Assembly (NCBI GenBank): GCA_963798845.1
Contig: CAWCUS010000002.1
Coordinates: 320,001-384,000 of the forward strand
Reading direction: 5' to 3'
From: an uncultured Gemmatimonadales bacterium
GTDB lineage: Bacteria > Gemmatimonadota > Gemmatimonadetes > Longimicrobiales > RSA9
DNA: 64,000 bases
The notes beneath the pieces are model-generated. The model saw only the letters and a program-made list of their open reading frames with translations. It ran no database searches and was not told where the DNA came from. This document shows, in pieces, positions 28,235 to 37,768 of the stretch. The position numbers and the translations under genes are program-made. Numbering within the stretch: position 1 is the first letter of the stretch; each line of letters opens with the position of its first letter.

Positions 28235-29890
28235 ATGTCCTCGACCGCCTTCCTGCGCTGGATCTACCTGGCGCGCCTGACGCTGGCGGGCGGCATGTTC
28301 GCTGCCGCGTTGCTGGTGTGGACGCGTCCGATGGTGGCGCCGGAGACCACGCTGGTGGCCACGCTGCTGCTGGTGTCGGCGGTGGGCTTCACGGCAGCGA
28401 GCTACTGGCAGACACACGTGGCGCGCGGGACTCCATCGACGAACTTCCTGTACGCGCAGGCGTTGTTCGACGTGGTGGTGGCGACGGTGGTGGTGCACCT
28501 GACGGGGCGGGGTCAGAGCGAATTCGCGCCGCTGTTCGTGCTGGTGATCGCCGAGGGGGCGGTGCTGCTGCCGCTGCGCGGGGGATTCCTGGTGACGGCG
28601 CTGGCGATGCTGATGTACTTCGCGGACACGGTGTGGGGCGGGGCGTTCTCGGTGGTGTCGGGCGGGGTGACGCTGGAGGAGTCGGACCCGGGGGTGCTGA
28701 CGCGGCTGGTGCTGTTCGGTCTGATCGCGCTGGTGACGGCGTGGCTCGGGGACCGTCTGCGGCGCGCGGGGACGCAGCTGGGGGCGGTGGAGTCCGAGCT
28801 GCGGCAGCTGCAGCTGGACACGGACGACATCCTGGGGGCGCTGGACACGGGCGTGGCGACAGTGGATTCGGGCGGCGCGCTGGTCTACATCAACCCTGCG
28901 GCGGAGATGCTGCTCGGGATGAAGGGGCGGGAGTGGGTGGGGCGAGAGGCGCTGGAGGAGATGGACCGGGCTGCGCCGGGGGTGGCGAGGGTGGTGCGGG
29001 ACACGCTCGCGGCGCGGGCGCCGGTGCAATGGTACGAGACGCACACGCGGGCGACGCCGGAGCTCCGGATGGTGGGGGTGCGCACGGCGGCGCTGGAGCG
29101 GAACGAGCATCCGTGGGTGACGCTGGCGGTGCAGGACATCACGGACACGAAGCGGGTGGAGGCGGCGAGCCGTCGGGCGGAGCGGCTGGAAGCGGTGGCG
29201 GAGCTGGCGGCGTCGCTGGCGCACGAGATCAAGAACCCGCTCGCGTCGATCCGGAGCGCGGTCGAACAGCTCACCCGGAAAGGTGGCAAGCTGGCCTCGG
29301 ATGACCGGCGGGTGCTGGGTGAGCTGGTGGCGATGGAGTCGGACCGTCTGAGTCGGCTGCTTTCAGGCTTCATCGAGTTCAGTCGCGTGGAGATCCGGGA
29401 GCGCTCGGAAGTGGACCTGGCGGCGGTGGCCCGCTCGGCGGTGGAGGTGGCGCGCCAGCACCCGGACGCCCACAACGGGTGCCGTGTGAAGGTGGAGGGG
29501 GACGACGCGGTGCGGGTGGAAGGCGATTCGGACCTGCTGCACCGGGTGGTCTTCAACCTGGTGCTCAACGCCATCCAGCATTCTCCGGCGCAGAGCGAGG
29601 TCCGGGTGTCCGTGGCGCGCGCGGTCGAGCGCGACCTGCCGCCTGGCGCGGCGTTTCGTGAAGGGGCGCGCCTCTCAGTCCGCGACGACGGTCCGGGCAT
29701 AGCGGCCGCCGATGTGTCCCGCGTGTTCGACCCGTTCTTCACCACGCGCGAGGGCGGCAGCGGCCTGGGGCTGGCGCTGGTGCACCGGGCGGTGGAGGCG
29801 CACGAGGGCACGATCCTGATCGACAGCGCGGCGGGGCGGGGGACCGCGTTCACCGTGTACCTTCCGACGCGCGTGAGGCAGCGAGCGTGA
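28235..29890 (+). CDS. pilS: PilS-like sensor histidine kinase
   Basis: About 6 N-terminal TM helices, PAS-like region, LAHEIKNPLASI H-box, NLVLNA, DDGPGI, FDPFFTTREGGSGLGL. Located at the head of the pilus locus. Confidence 0.8.
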   Translation: MSSTAFLRWIYLARLTLAGGMFAAALLVWTRPMVAPETTLVATLLLVSAVGFTAASYWQTHVARGTPSTNFLYAQALFDVVVATVVVHLTGRGQSEFAPLFVLVIAEGAVLLPLRGGFLVTALAMLMYFADTVWGGAFSVVSGGVTLEESDPGVLTRLVLFGLIALVTAWLGDRLRRAGTQLGAVESELRQLQLDTDDILGALDTGVATVDSGGALVYINPAAEMLLGMKGREWVGREALEEMDRAAPGVARVVRDTLAARAPVQWYETHTRATPELRMVGVRTAALERNEHPWVTLAVQDITDTKRVEAASRRAERLEAVAELAASLAHEIKNPLASIRSAVEQLTRKGGKLASDDRRVLGELVAMESDRLSRLLSGFIEFSRVEIRERSEVDLAAVARSAVEVARQHPDAHNGCRVKVEGDDAVRVEGDSDLLHRVVFNLVLNAIQHSPAQSEVRVSVARAVERDLPPGAAFREGARLSVRDDGPGIAAADVSRVFDPFFTTREGGSGLGLALVHRAVEAHEGTILIDSAAGRGTAFTVYLPTRVRQRA

Positions 29891-31251
29891 TGAAGCCGAA
29901 GATCCTGGTGGTGGACGACGAGCGCTCGATCCTGAACACGCTGGAGATCCTCCTGCGAGGCGAAGGGTTCGACGTGGCCGTGAGCACGAGCGCGGCGGAC
30001 GCTCTGGCGCGCTGCCAGACGTTCGCGCCCGACCTGGTGTTGACGGACATCCGGATGCCCGGCACCAGCGGCCTGGAGCTCCTCTCCGAGCTCCGCGAGC
30101 GGGACCCGGAGCTGCCGGTCATCCTCATGACCGCCCAGGCTTCGCTGCAGTCCGCGATCGACGCGGTGAACCAGGGAGCGTTCTACTACCTCCAGAAGCC
30201 GTTCCCCAACGCGGACCTGGTGGCGCTCTGCCGCAGGGCCACGGAGACGCGCGCGCTCAAACGCGAGAACGTGGCGCTTCGGCGGGAGATCAACCGGCGC
30301 GACAGCTCGCGCGACCGGCGACCGGTGGGAAGGGACCGCGCTTTCCTCCAGATCCTCGAGCTGGCCGAGACCGTGGCGCCCACCGACTCGACGGTGCTCA
30401 TCACGGGCGAGAGCGGGACCGGCAAGGAGGTGCTGGCCCGCTACCTCCACGCACTCTCCCAGCGCGCCGACGGCCCGTTCGTTTCGGTCAACTGCGGCGC
30501 CCTCCCGGAGAACCTCCTGGAGTCGGAGCTCTTCGGTCACGTGAGGGGATCGTTCACGGGCGCGGTGCGCGACAGGGAAGGGCTGCTGGTCTCCGCCCGC
30601 GGCGGCACCTTCTTCCTCGACGAGGTCGGCGAGATGTCCGCGGCGCTGCAGGTCAAGCTGCTGCGGGCGCTCCAGGAGCGGGAAGTGGTGCCCGTGGGCT
30701 CCACCCGGCCGGTGGACATCGACGTGCGCGTCGTCGCCGCGACCAACCGCGACCTCGAGCACGAGATCCGGAAGGGCACGTTCCGGACGGACCTCTACTA
30801 CCGGCTCAACGTGATCTCGCTGCACATGCCGCCGCTGCGAGATCGGCCGGATGATGTGGTGCTGCTCGCGGAGCACTTCCTCGAGCGGGCGGCCGCCAAC
30901 GGAGACGCCGCGGCGCTCTCCATGTCCCAGGACGCGCGCGACTGCCTGCGGGGCTATGACTGGCCCGGCAACGTCCGTGAGCTGGAGAACGCGCTGGAGC
31001 GGGCGGCCGTGCTCGCCCGGGGCGGCGAGATCGACCGCGACCACCTCCCGAAGCGCGTGGTGGAGCCCCCGCCGGAGAGCCTGGTCTCGGAGCGCGAGCC
31101 GACGAATCCATCGCTCGAGGCCGTGGAGCGGGCGTACGTTCTCTGGGTCCTGCAGGCGGAAGGCGGGAACAAGGCGCGCGCCGCCGAGGTGCTCGGCATC
31201 GACCCGTCCACCCTGTACCGGAAGCTCAACCGCTACGGAGTCACAGAATGA
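29890..31251 (+). CDS. pilR: PilR-like sigma-54-dependent response regulator
   Basis: Receiver (VVDDE, TDIRMP), [40 protein letters not shown], Fis-type HTH. Confidence 0.8.
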   Translation: MKPKILVVDDERSILNTLEILLRGEGFDVAVSTSAADALARCQTFAPDLVLTDIRMPGTSGLELLSELRERDPELPVILMTAQASLQSAIDAVNQGAFYYLQKPFPNADLVALCRRATETRALKRENVALRREINRRDSSRDRRPVGRDRAFLQILELAETVAPTDSTVLITGESGTGKEVLARYLHALSQRADGPFVSVNCGALPENLLESELFGHVRGSFTGAVRDREGLLVSARGGTFFLDEVGEMSAALQVKLLRALQEREVVPVGSTRPVDIDVRVVAATNRDLEHEIRKGTFRTDLYYRLNVISLHMPPLRDRPDDVVLLAEHFLERAAANGDAAALSMSQDARDCLRGYDWPGNVRELENALERAAVLARGGEIDRDHLPKRVVEPPPESLVSEREPTNPSLEAVERAYVLWVLQAEGGNKARAAEVLGIDPSTLYRKLNRYGVTE

Positions 31252-32015
31252 GGCGAGCAGCGAAGCCGCTGCGGCTGTCCGTCATCATCCCGGTCTACAA
31301 CGAGGCCGCCACGGTCGAGGAGCTGGTGCGCAAGGTCCGCGGCGTGCCGCTCGATCTCGAGGTCATCACCATCGACGACGGCTCCTCCGACGGCACCGGT
31401 GCCCTGCTGGAGTCGCTGGAGCGCGCCGGGCTCGTGGACGTGCTGATCCGCCACGACCGCAACCGGGGCAAGGGGGCGGCGGTGCGGACGGGGATCCGGG
31501 CCGCGTCCGGAGACGCGCTCGTGGTCCAGGACGCCGACCTCGAATACGACCCGGCCGACCTCCCGTCGCTCCTGGATCCCATCGCGGACGGCCTGGCGGA
31601 CGCCGTCCTCGGCAGCCGGTTCCTCGGCGGCCCCCACCGCGTGCTCTACTTCTGGCACAGCATCGGGAACGGCCTGCTCACGCTCCTGTCCAACATGCTC
31701 ACGGACCTGAACCTCACGGACATGGAGACCTGCTACAAGATGATCAGGACCGAGCTGGCCCAGGGGCTGCCGCTACGGGCGAACCGCTTCGGCATCGAGC
31801 CGGAGCTCGTCGCGCGCCTCGCCCAGGCCGGGGCCCGCATCTACGAAGTCCCGATCAGCTACCACGGGCGCACCTACGCCGAGGGCAAGAAGATCGGCTG
31901 GAAGGATGGCGTGGCCGCGCTCTGGCACATCGTCCGCTGCAACGTCCTGTCCCGGCGTTCCCGCCCCGCCCCGTCCAGGTCCGGGTCGGCCCGCGGCGAG
32001 GCCCGTGAAGCCTGA
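31248..32015 (+). CDS. Glycosyltransferase family 2 (polyprenol-phosphate sugar synthase, Dpm1-like)
   Basis: SVIIPVYNE, DDGSSDGT, NRGKGAA, QDADLEYDP, GSRF, LTDMETCYK, FGIEPE, EGKKIGWKDG. Confidence 0.9.
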   Translation: MRRAAKPLRLSVIIPVYNEAATVEELVRKVRGVPLDLEVITIDDGSSDGTGALLESLERAGLVDVLIRHDRNRGKGAAVRTGIRAASGDALVVQDADLEYDPADLPSLLDPIADGLADAVLGSRFLGGPHRVLYFWHSIGNGLLTLLSNMLTDLNLTDMETCYKMIRTELAQGLPLRANRFGIEPELVARLAQAGARIYEVPISYHGRTYAEGKKIGWKDGVAALWHIVRCNVLSRRSRPAPSRSGSARGEAREA

Positions 32016-33864
32016 TCGGCGTCGGCTCTTCCTGGCCCTCGGGTCGGTCGCGGTCGTGGCCGTCCTCTCCTACGCCAACACCCTCTCGAACGGCTTTGCC
32101 CTCGACGACGAGGGCATCATCCAGAAGAACACCCGGGTACACGGCCTCGCCCGCCTCGGCGACGCCGTGACCGGTCCCTACTGGCCGGGTGAGCCGGCCG
32201 AGCGCGGGCTGTACCGGCCCTTCACCATGGCGACCTACGCCGTCAACTGGGCCGCGGGCGGCGGGAGTGCGACGTGGTTTCACCTGGTCAATCTGCTCCT
32301 CCACGCCGCGGTCACCGGGCTCGTGCTCCTCTTCCTGCTCCCTCTGGCCGGCGACCTCGCAGCCGCCTGGGCCGGGGCGCTCATCTTCGCTGTCCACCCA
32401 GTCCACGTGGAGGCCGTGGCCAACATAGTGGGGCGGGCCGAGATCCTGGCCACGCTGTTCTTCCTGGCGGGGTGCCTCGTCGTGCTCAGGGCACGGGGGC
32501 GGGGCTGGGGCGTGGCCGCGGCCGTCGCGGCCGCCTTCTTCATGGGCCTGGCGTCGAAAGAGAACGCGATCATGCTCCCGGTCGTGCTCGCGCTCCTGGA
32601 GACGTGGCAGGCGCGCGGCGTCCGGCCGGGCGTGCAGCGCATCGTCGCCGGCTGGCGGCTCTGGCTGTCCATGGCCGTCGCCCTCGTCGTCTACTTCGCG
32701 CTCCGCCGGGCGAACATCGGGGTGTTCCTGGGGATCGAGAAGCCGCCCTGGTTCTGGGGCATGCCCTCTTCCGTGCGCGTGCTCACGGCCATCCGCGTCT
32801 GGCCCGAGTACCTGCGCCTCATGGTCCTCCCGATCGCCCTCGTCCCGGATTACGGCCCGGGGGTGATCGTGCCCCGGACGAGCCTTCTCCAGCCGCTCGT
32901 CCTCCTCGGCCTCCTCACCGCCGCGGTTGCCGCTTTCGTGGCCTGGCGCGCGCGTCGTGGCGCACCGCTGCTCTCCGCCGGGATCGTCTGGTTCGCCATC
33001 ACGGTGCTTCCGGTGACGGGGCTCCTCTTCCCGGTCGGCTTCATCCTGGCCGAACGGACGCTCTACCTCCCGTCCGTGGGTGTCGCCCTGGCCGTGGCTG
33101 CGGGCGTGGTGTGGGCGAGGTCGGCCGCGCCGGCACGGGCGTGGCGGGCGGCCGTCGCGGGGCTCCTGCTGATCGTGGGGGCCGCCGCCCTGCGCGTCTG
33201 GACGGCCAACCCGGTCTGGGAGGATACCAACACGGTGCTGAACCACCTCCTGCGCGAGCATCCCGCCAACTACCGCGCGCAGTGGGGCATGGCCTCGACC
33301 CTGGCCGCAGAGGGGGACACGGCGTCCGCCCTCGCGCACTATGAGATCGCCACCCGCATGGTCCCCGGGTACTACAACCTGCGCTTCGAGTACGGGACGA
33401 TCCTCGCCGCGAACCGGGACTACGGCGCCGCCGCCGCCCAGTTCGACACGGCGCTCCAGGTCCTTCCCACGGCCACCCGGGCGCGGCTGAACGAGGTGGC
33501 CACTCTGGTGCTCGATGGCAGGCCCGCGCAGGCCGCCACGGTCGCCGCCGCGGGCCTCGCCCCGGACGGCCCCGCGCAGCCGCAGCTGTACGACTACTAC
33601 AGTCGTGCGCTCGCCCGCTCCGGTCGGTATGGCGAGGCGATCCGCGCGCGACGGCGGGCGATCCATCTCGCGGGCGAAGCCGTCCCGTGGTCCCAGTGGG
33701 GCCACCTCGCCGGCCTCGCGCTCCTGGCCGGCGACACCGCCACCGCCCGGACCGCCCTCGAGCGCGCCCGAGCCAGCGCGTCCGCGGGCGTGCACGTGCC
33801 CTCGCCCGATGAGCTGGCGCGCCGGATCCAGGCCGAGGGCGGCGCGGCCATCCCGTCATGGTGA
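32005..33864 (+). CDS. TMTC-like GT-C membrane glycosyltransferase with C-terminal TPRs
   Basis: FALDDEGIIQKN, YRPFT, FHLVNLLLH, FAVHPVHVEAVANIVGRAE, SKENA, AERTLYLPS, about 11 TM helices followed by TPR-like helices. Confidence 0.82.
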   Translation: MKPDRRRLFLALGSVAVVAVLSYANTLSNGFALDDEGIIQKNTRVHGLARLGDAVTGPYWPGEPAERGLYRPFTMATYAVNWAAGGGSATWFHLVNLLLHAAVTGLVLLFLLPLAGDLAAAWAGALIFAVHPVHVEAVANIVGRAEILATLFFLAGCLVVLRARGRGWGVAAAVAAAFFMGLASKENAIMLPVVLALLETWQARGVRPGVQRIVAGWRLWLSMAVALVVYFALRRANIGVFLGIEKPPWFWGMPSSVRVLTAIRVWPEYLRLMVLPIALVPDYGPGVIVPRTSLLQPLVLLGLLTAAVAAFVAWRARRGAPLLSAGIVWFAITVLPVTGLLFPVGFILAERTLYLPSVGVALAVAAGVVWARSAAPARAWRAAVAGLLLIVGAAALRVWTANPVWEDTNTVLNHLLREHPANYRAQWGMASTLAAEGDTASALAHYEIATRMVPGYYNLRFEYGTILAANRDYGAAAAQFDTALQVLPTATRARLNEVATLVLDGRPAQAATVAAAGLAPDGPAQPQLYDYYSRALARSGRYGEAIRARRRAIHLAGEAVPWSQWGHLAGLALLAGDTATARTALERARASASAGVHVPSPDELARRIQAEGGAAIPSW

Positions 33865-33937
33865 TCTGCAAGCGATTCGCAGGTTGCAACGCCCGTCGGC
33901 GTTCGGGAAGGCACACCCGGGCGTTCGCGGATCGGCA

Positions 33938-33950
33938 TAAGTTGTTGCCC
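33938..33950 (+). promoter_or_regulatory. Possible IHF site upstream of the pilin promoter
   Basis: TAAGTTGTTG matches the YAANNNNTTG core of the IHF consensus, about 50 bp upstream of the sigma-54 element. Confidence 0.4.
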
Positions 33951-33991
33951 GTTTACGATTTCCGATGGATCCAGCTCGCCAGCGCCGGGAG

Positions 33992-34007
33992 GGGCATGGC
34001 GGTTGCA
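33992..34007 (+). promoter_or_regulatory. Sigma-54 promoter of the major pilin
   Basis: GGGCATGGCGGTTGCA: GG-N10-GC with TTGCA, upstream of AAGGAG RBS and ATG 34076. Confidence 0.7.
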
Positions 34008-34075
34008 CTCCATCGCCGCGGCACTTCGCACCCGAGTGGCCACCATCCCGGCCTGTCACACAACAAGGAGCAACA

Positions 34076-34516
34076 ATGCTTCGGAACCGTAAGGGCTTCA
34101 CCCTGATCGAGCTGCTGATCGTCGTGGTGATCATCGGCATCCTGGCGGCGATCGCGCTGCCGAAGTTCGGCAAGACGCGCGAGGCGGCGTACTACACCAC
34201 CATCAAGTCCGACCTGAACAGCCTCCGCAGCGCGGAGGAGATGTACTACCAGACGAGCAAGTCCGTACGCGTACACCAGCGACCTGACGGACCCTCGAGT
34301 TCAACCCGAGCGCGGGCGTGAACCTCGGCACGATCACGGTGACGGACGACAACCAGGCGTGGTCCGTGAACGCGACGCCACGACGCCCTCGGCGCCCACG
34401 GGTGCGCGATCGGCTTCGGCGAGTTCACGGCGGATCCCACGGTGACGACGCCGGGCGGCAACGACCTGGAGTATCCCGGTGACATGGGCGCCCCCGTCTG
34501 CGACGACGCCTTCTAA
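34076..34516 (+). CDS. pilA: Major type IVa pilin, with three apparent +1 frameshifts in the variable region
   Basis: MLRNRKG|FTLIELLIVVVIIGILAAIALPKF, strong RBS, own promoter and terminator. Removing single extra bases near 34259, 34293 and 34378 gives ...PYAYTSDLTDLEFNPSAGV...HGCAIG...PVCDDAF* with a C-terminal Cys pair. Confidence 0.8.
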
Positions 34517-34541
34517 CCGACGTCGCCGGACAACCGATAGG

Positions 34542-34572
34542 CGGGACCCGGTCGCTGGCCGGGTCCCGTTTT
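34542..34572 (+). terminator. Rho-independent terminator after pilA
   Basis: CGGGACCCGG-TCGCTGG-CCGGGTCCCG followed by TTTT. Confidence 0.8.
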
Positions 34573-34685
34573 CCTTGCGCGGGAGACGGTCCCCCCTGCC
34601 TTCGCTTGCGCCTTCCAGTGCAGGGCCTACGTTTCTTCGGATGTCCCGTTGGCCCTGCATGCGAACAGACCGCGGAAATGCGACG

Positions 34686-35069
34686 ATGCGCCGCATGGGC
34701 TTTACGCTGATCGAGCTGCTGGTCGTGATCGTCATCGTCGGGATCCTGGCCTCCATGTCGATCGTTCGGACGCGGAAGGTCACGCGCGAGGCGCAGCTCG
34801 CCACGCTGCGCACGGACCTGCGGGCGCTGACGATCGAGGAGGAGTTCTACAACCAGAGGACGCTCCACTATGGCGCGCTCGAGGACCTGGACGACTTCCA
34901 CAGCAGCAGGGCGGTGAGCGTGGAGATCACGCACCTGGAGAATCTGGCGTTCGCGGCCACGGCCGTGCACGCCGGTCTGCCGGGCGTGACGTGCGGCGTG
35001 TTCCGCGGCGTGGTTCCGGAAGGGGTGGCGGGTCCGGCCGTGGTGGAAGGCCGGATCACCTGCGAGTGA
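34686..35069 (+). CDS. Second PilA-like type IV pilin
   Basis: MRRMG|FTLIELLVVIVIVGILAS, TLRTDLRAL..EEEFY, C-terminal Cys pair (TCG...ITCE). Confidence 0.85.
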   Translation: MRRMGFTLIELLVVIVIVGILASMSIVRTRKVTREAQLATLRTDLRALTIEEEFYNQRTLHYGALEDLDDFHSSRAVSVEITHLENLAFAATAVHAGLPGVTCGVFRGVVPEGVAGPAVVEGRITCE

Positions 35070-36325
35070 GGATCCGCCCGTCGGGGAACAGCCTGCGCCG
35101 GGAGCTTCTCGCGGCGTTCGCCATCGTATTCGCCGGCGCTCTCGCGGTGGCGGTCATCGGCGCGGCGCTCCTCGTCCCCACTTTCGAGTCCCCGCTCGAA
35201 TCGCTGCTCTACCTGGCGCTCCTGGTCGGGGCGGACCTCCTTGTCTTCTTCCTGTTCGGCCGCTGGCTCGTGGGCACCCGCGTCCTCTACCCGCTGGACC
35301 GGATGGTGGAGGAGGCGGAGGCGATCGCGGAAGGCGACTATGCGCGGCGCCTCCCGGGCAGCGAGTCCGAGGAGATCGACCGGCTGTCGGACGCGCTCAA
35401 CCGGATGGCGGAGCGCCTGATCAACCACCAGCTGGAGCTGGCGCGGAACGTCGAATCGCTGCAGCAGACGAACCGTGACCTGACGGCGGCGAGGGACGAC
35501 CTGATCCGGGCCGAGAAGATGGCTTCGCTCGGGCAGATGGCGGCCGGCGTCGCCCACGAGGTGGGCAATCCCCTTGCCGCCATCATGGGGAACATGGACC
35601 TGCTGAAGCGGCGGGTCCACGGGCTGGAGCTCGAGCTGGTGCAGGCGTCGCTCGAGCAGGTGGTCCGGATCGACCGGATCGTCCGGGGCCTCGTGGACTA
35701 TTCGCGGGCCCGGGAGCCCAACGCCCGCCCCATCGATGTCAACGCCGTGGTGCTCAAGACCGTGGAGCTGATCCGCTCGCAGCCACGCATGGTGGGCGTC
35801 GAGGTCACGACGGCGCTTGCGGCGGACCTTCCCGCCGTCGCCGCGGACCCGTACCAGCTCGAGCAGGTTCTGGTGAACCTGCTCCTCAACGCCGCCGACG
35901 CCACGGAGCAGGGGGAGGTCCGGGTGGTCCGGATCACGTCCGGGTCGCGACGCTACGTCGAGCCGGACTACGTCCCTGCCCGGCGGCGCGACGATCCGCC
36001 CGGAATCGACTACTCGCACCGCCGTCGATACAATCGGCCCGAGGCCGTGCCGAGGGTTCACCCGTTCGAGCCCGAGCAGGCCATCGTCGAGCTTGCGGTG
36101 GCCGACACCGGCGGCGGCATTCCGGCCGCCGTCATGCCGCGGCTGTTCGAGCCGTTCATGACCACGAAGGAGCCCGGCAAGGGGACGGGGCTCGGGCTGG
36201 CCGTGAGCGCGCGGCTGATCGACGGGATGGACGGGACCATCCGCGCACGCAATACTCAGGAGGGAGCGGAGTTCACCATCCAGCTCCCCGCATCGGACCA
36301 GCCAGCGGAGGCCGTGTCGCCATGA
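35066..36325 (+). CDS. HAMP-domain sensor histidine kinase
   Basis: 2 TM helices, HAMP, AEKMASLGQMAAGVAHEVGNPL, QVLVNLLLNA, DTGGGI, FEPFMTTKEPGKGTGLGL. Confidence 0.9.
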   Translation: MRIRPSGNSLRRELLAAFAIVFAGALAVAVIGAALLVPTFESPLESLLYLALLVGADLLVFFLFGRWLVGTRVLYPLDRMVEEAEAIAEGDYARRLPGSESEEIDRLSDALNRMAERLINHQLELARNVESLQQTNRDLTAARDDLIRAEKMASLGQMAAGVAHEVGNPLAAIMGNMDLLKRRVHGLELELVQASLEQVVRIDRIVRGLVDYSRAREPNARPIDVNAVVLKTVELIRSQPRMVGVEVTTALAADLPAVAADPYQLEQVLVNLLLNAADATEQGEVRVVRITSGSRRYVEPDYVPARRRDDPPGIDYSHRRRYNRPEAVPRVHPFEPEQAIVELAVADTGGGIPAAVMPRLFEPFMTTKEPGKGTGLGLAVSARLIDGMDGTIRARNTQEGAEFTIQLPASDQPAEAVSP

Positions 36326-37680
36326 AGGTGCTGATCATCGACGACGAGCCGAGCCTGCGCCAGACCGTTTCCATGATCCTGTCCGAGGAGGGCTACGAAG
36401 TCACCACGGCCTCCGACGGGAAGGATGGCCTGGAGAAGGCGCTCTCGTTCGAGCCGGACACGGTCCTCACCGATGTGCGCATGCCCGGGATGCCTGGTCT
36501 CGACTTCCTGGAGCGCTACCGCGAGGAGGGCGGGGAGGCGCTGGTCATCGTCATGACCGCGTACGGCAGCACCGAGCTGGCCGTGGAGGCCATGAAGAAG
36601 GGGGCGTACGACTACATCCCCAAGCCTTTCAGCGCGGACGAGCTCGTGCTCACGCTGCGGAAGGCGGAGGAGCGGGAGGCGCTGCGGCGGGAGGTGCTTC
36701 GCCTGCGGGACGAGGTGACCGTCGACCGCCGGTTCAGCGGCATCATCGCCCGGTCCCCGGCCATGAAGAAGGCGGTGGAGACCGCGACCAAGGTCGCCCG
36801 GTACCCTTCGACGGTCCTGATCACGGGCGAGAGCGGGACGGGGAAGGAGCTGATCGCGCGCCTGCTCCACGACCAGAGCGACCGGGCGCAGGCTTCGTTC
36901 GTCGCCATCAACTGCGGGGCGATCCCCGAAAACCTCCTCGAGTCGGAGCTCTTCGGCTACGTGCGCGGCGCATTCACCGGGGCGGAGCGCGACAAGGTCG
37001 GCCTCTTCGAAGCCGCATCGGGAGGCACGCTCTTTCTCGACGAGATCGGAGACATGCCGGGCACGCTCCAGGTCAAGCTGCTGCGGACGCTGCAGGAGGG
37101 CGAGGTCCGTCGTGTGGGGGAGAACCGGAGCCGGAAGGTGGACGCGCGCATCGTGTCCGCCACCAACCGCGACCTGGAGCAGGAGATCCGGCAGGGAAAC
37201 TTCCGCAAGGACCTGTATTTCAGGATCGCGGTCGTCCCGATCCATCTCCCGCCCCTGCGCCAGCGGACGGAAGAGATCCCGCTCATGGCGAAGCACTTCG
37301 TGGACAAGTACAACCGCGCCCTGGGGCTCGACCTTGAAGGCGTCGCGCCCGAGGCCATGAAGCTTCTCCTCGACTATCCGTTCACCGGCAACGTGCGGGA
37401 GCTGGAGAACGTCATCGAGCGCGCCATGGTGCTGGCCGAAGGACCCCGGATCGAGGTCAAGGACCTTCCCCACCACGTCCAGGCGCCCGTTCGCCCTCTG
37501 GAGGACGTGGAGCTCGGGGACGATGAGCTCTCCGTGAAGAAGCAGGGGTCAGTGCTCGAGCGCCGCCTGATCCAGAAGGCGCTGGAGCGCACGGGCGGGA
37601 ACCGGACGCGGGCGGCCGAGCTGCTGGAGCTGAGCTCCCGCGCACTCCTGTACAAGATCCGCGACTACGGCCTCGAGTAG
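36322..37680 (+). CDS. Sigma-54-dependent response regulator (NtrC/AtoC family)
   Basis: [42 protein letters not shown]. Confidence 0.92.
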   Translation: MKVLIIDDEPSLRQTVSMILSEEGYEVTTASDGKDGLEKALSFEPDTVLTDVRMPGMPGLDFLERYREEGGEALVIVMTAYGSTELAVEAMKKGAYDYIPKPFSADELVLTLRKAEEREALRREVLRLRDEVTVDRRFSGIIARSPAMKKAVETATKVARYPSTVLITGESGTGKELIARLLHDQSDRAQASFVAINCGAIPENLLESELFGYVRGAFTGAERDKVGLFEAASGGTLFLDEIGDMPGTLQVKLLRTLQEGEVRRVGENRSRKVDARIVSATNRDLEQEIRQGNFRKDLYFRIAVVPIHLPPLRQRTEEIPLMAKHFVDKYNRALGLDLEGVAPEAMKLLLDYPFTGNVRELENVIERAMVLAEGPRIEVKDLPHHVQAPVRPLEDVELGDDELSVKKQGSVLERRLIQKALERTGGNRTRAAELLELSSRALLYKIRDYGLE

Positions 37681-37768
37681 ACCCCCGGCTCTCCGCTCCG
37701 GTCCCCCCGGCGCGATCTCGTCCCCGCGCGCCATGGAGTTGCCCCGGCGCCGGTGACACAGTGGCCGC

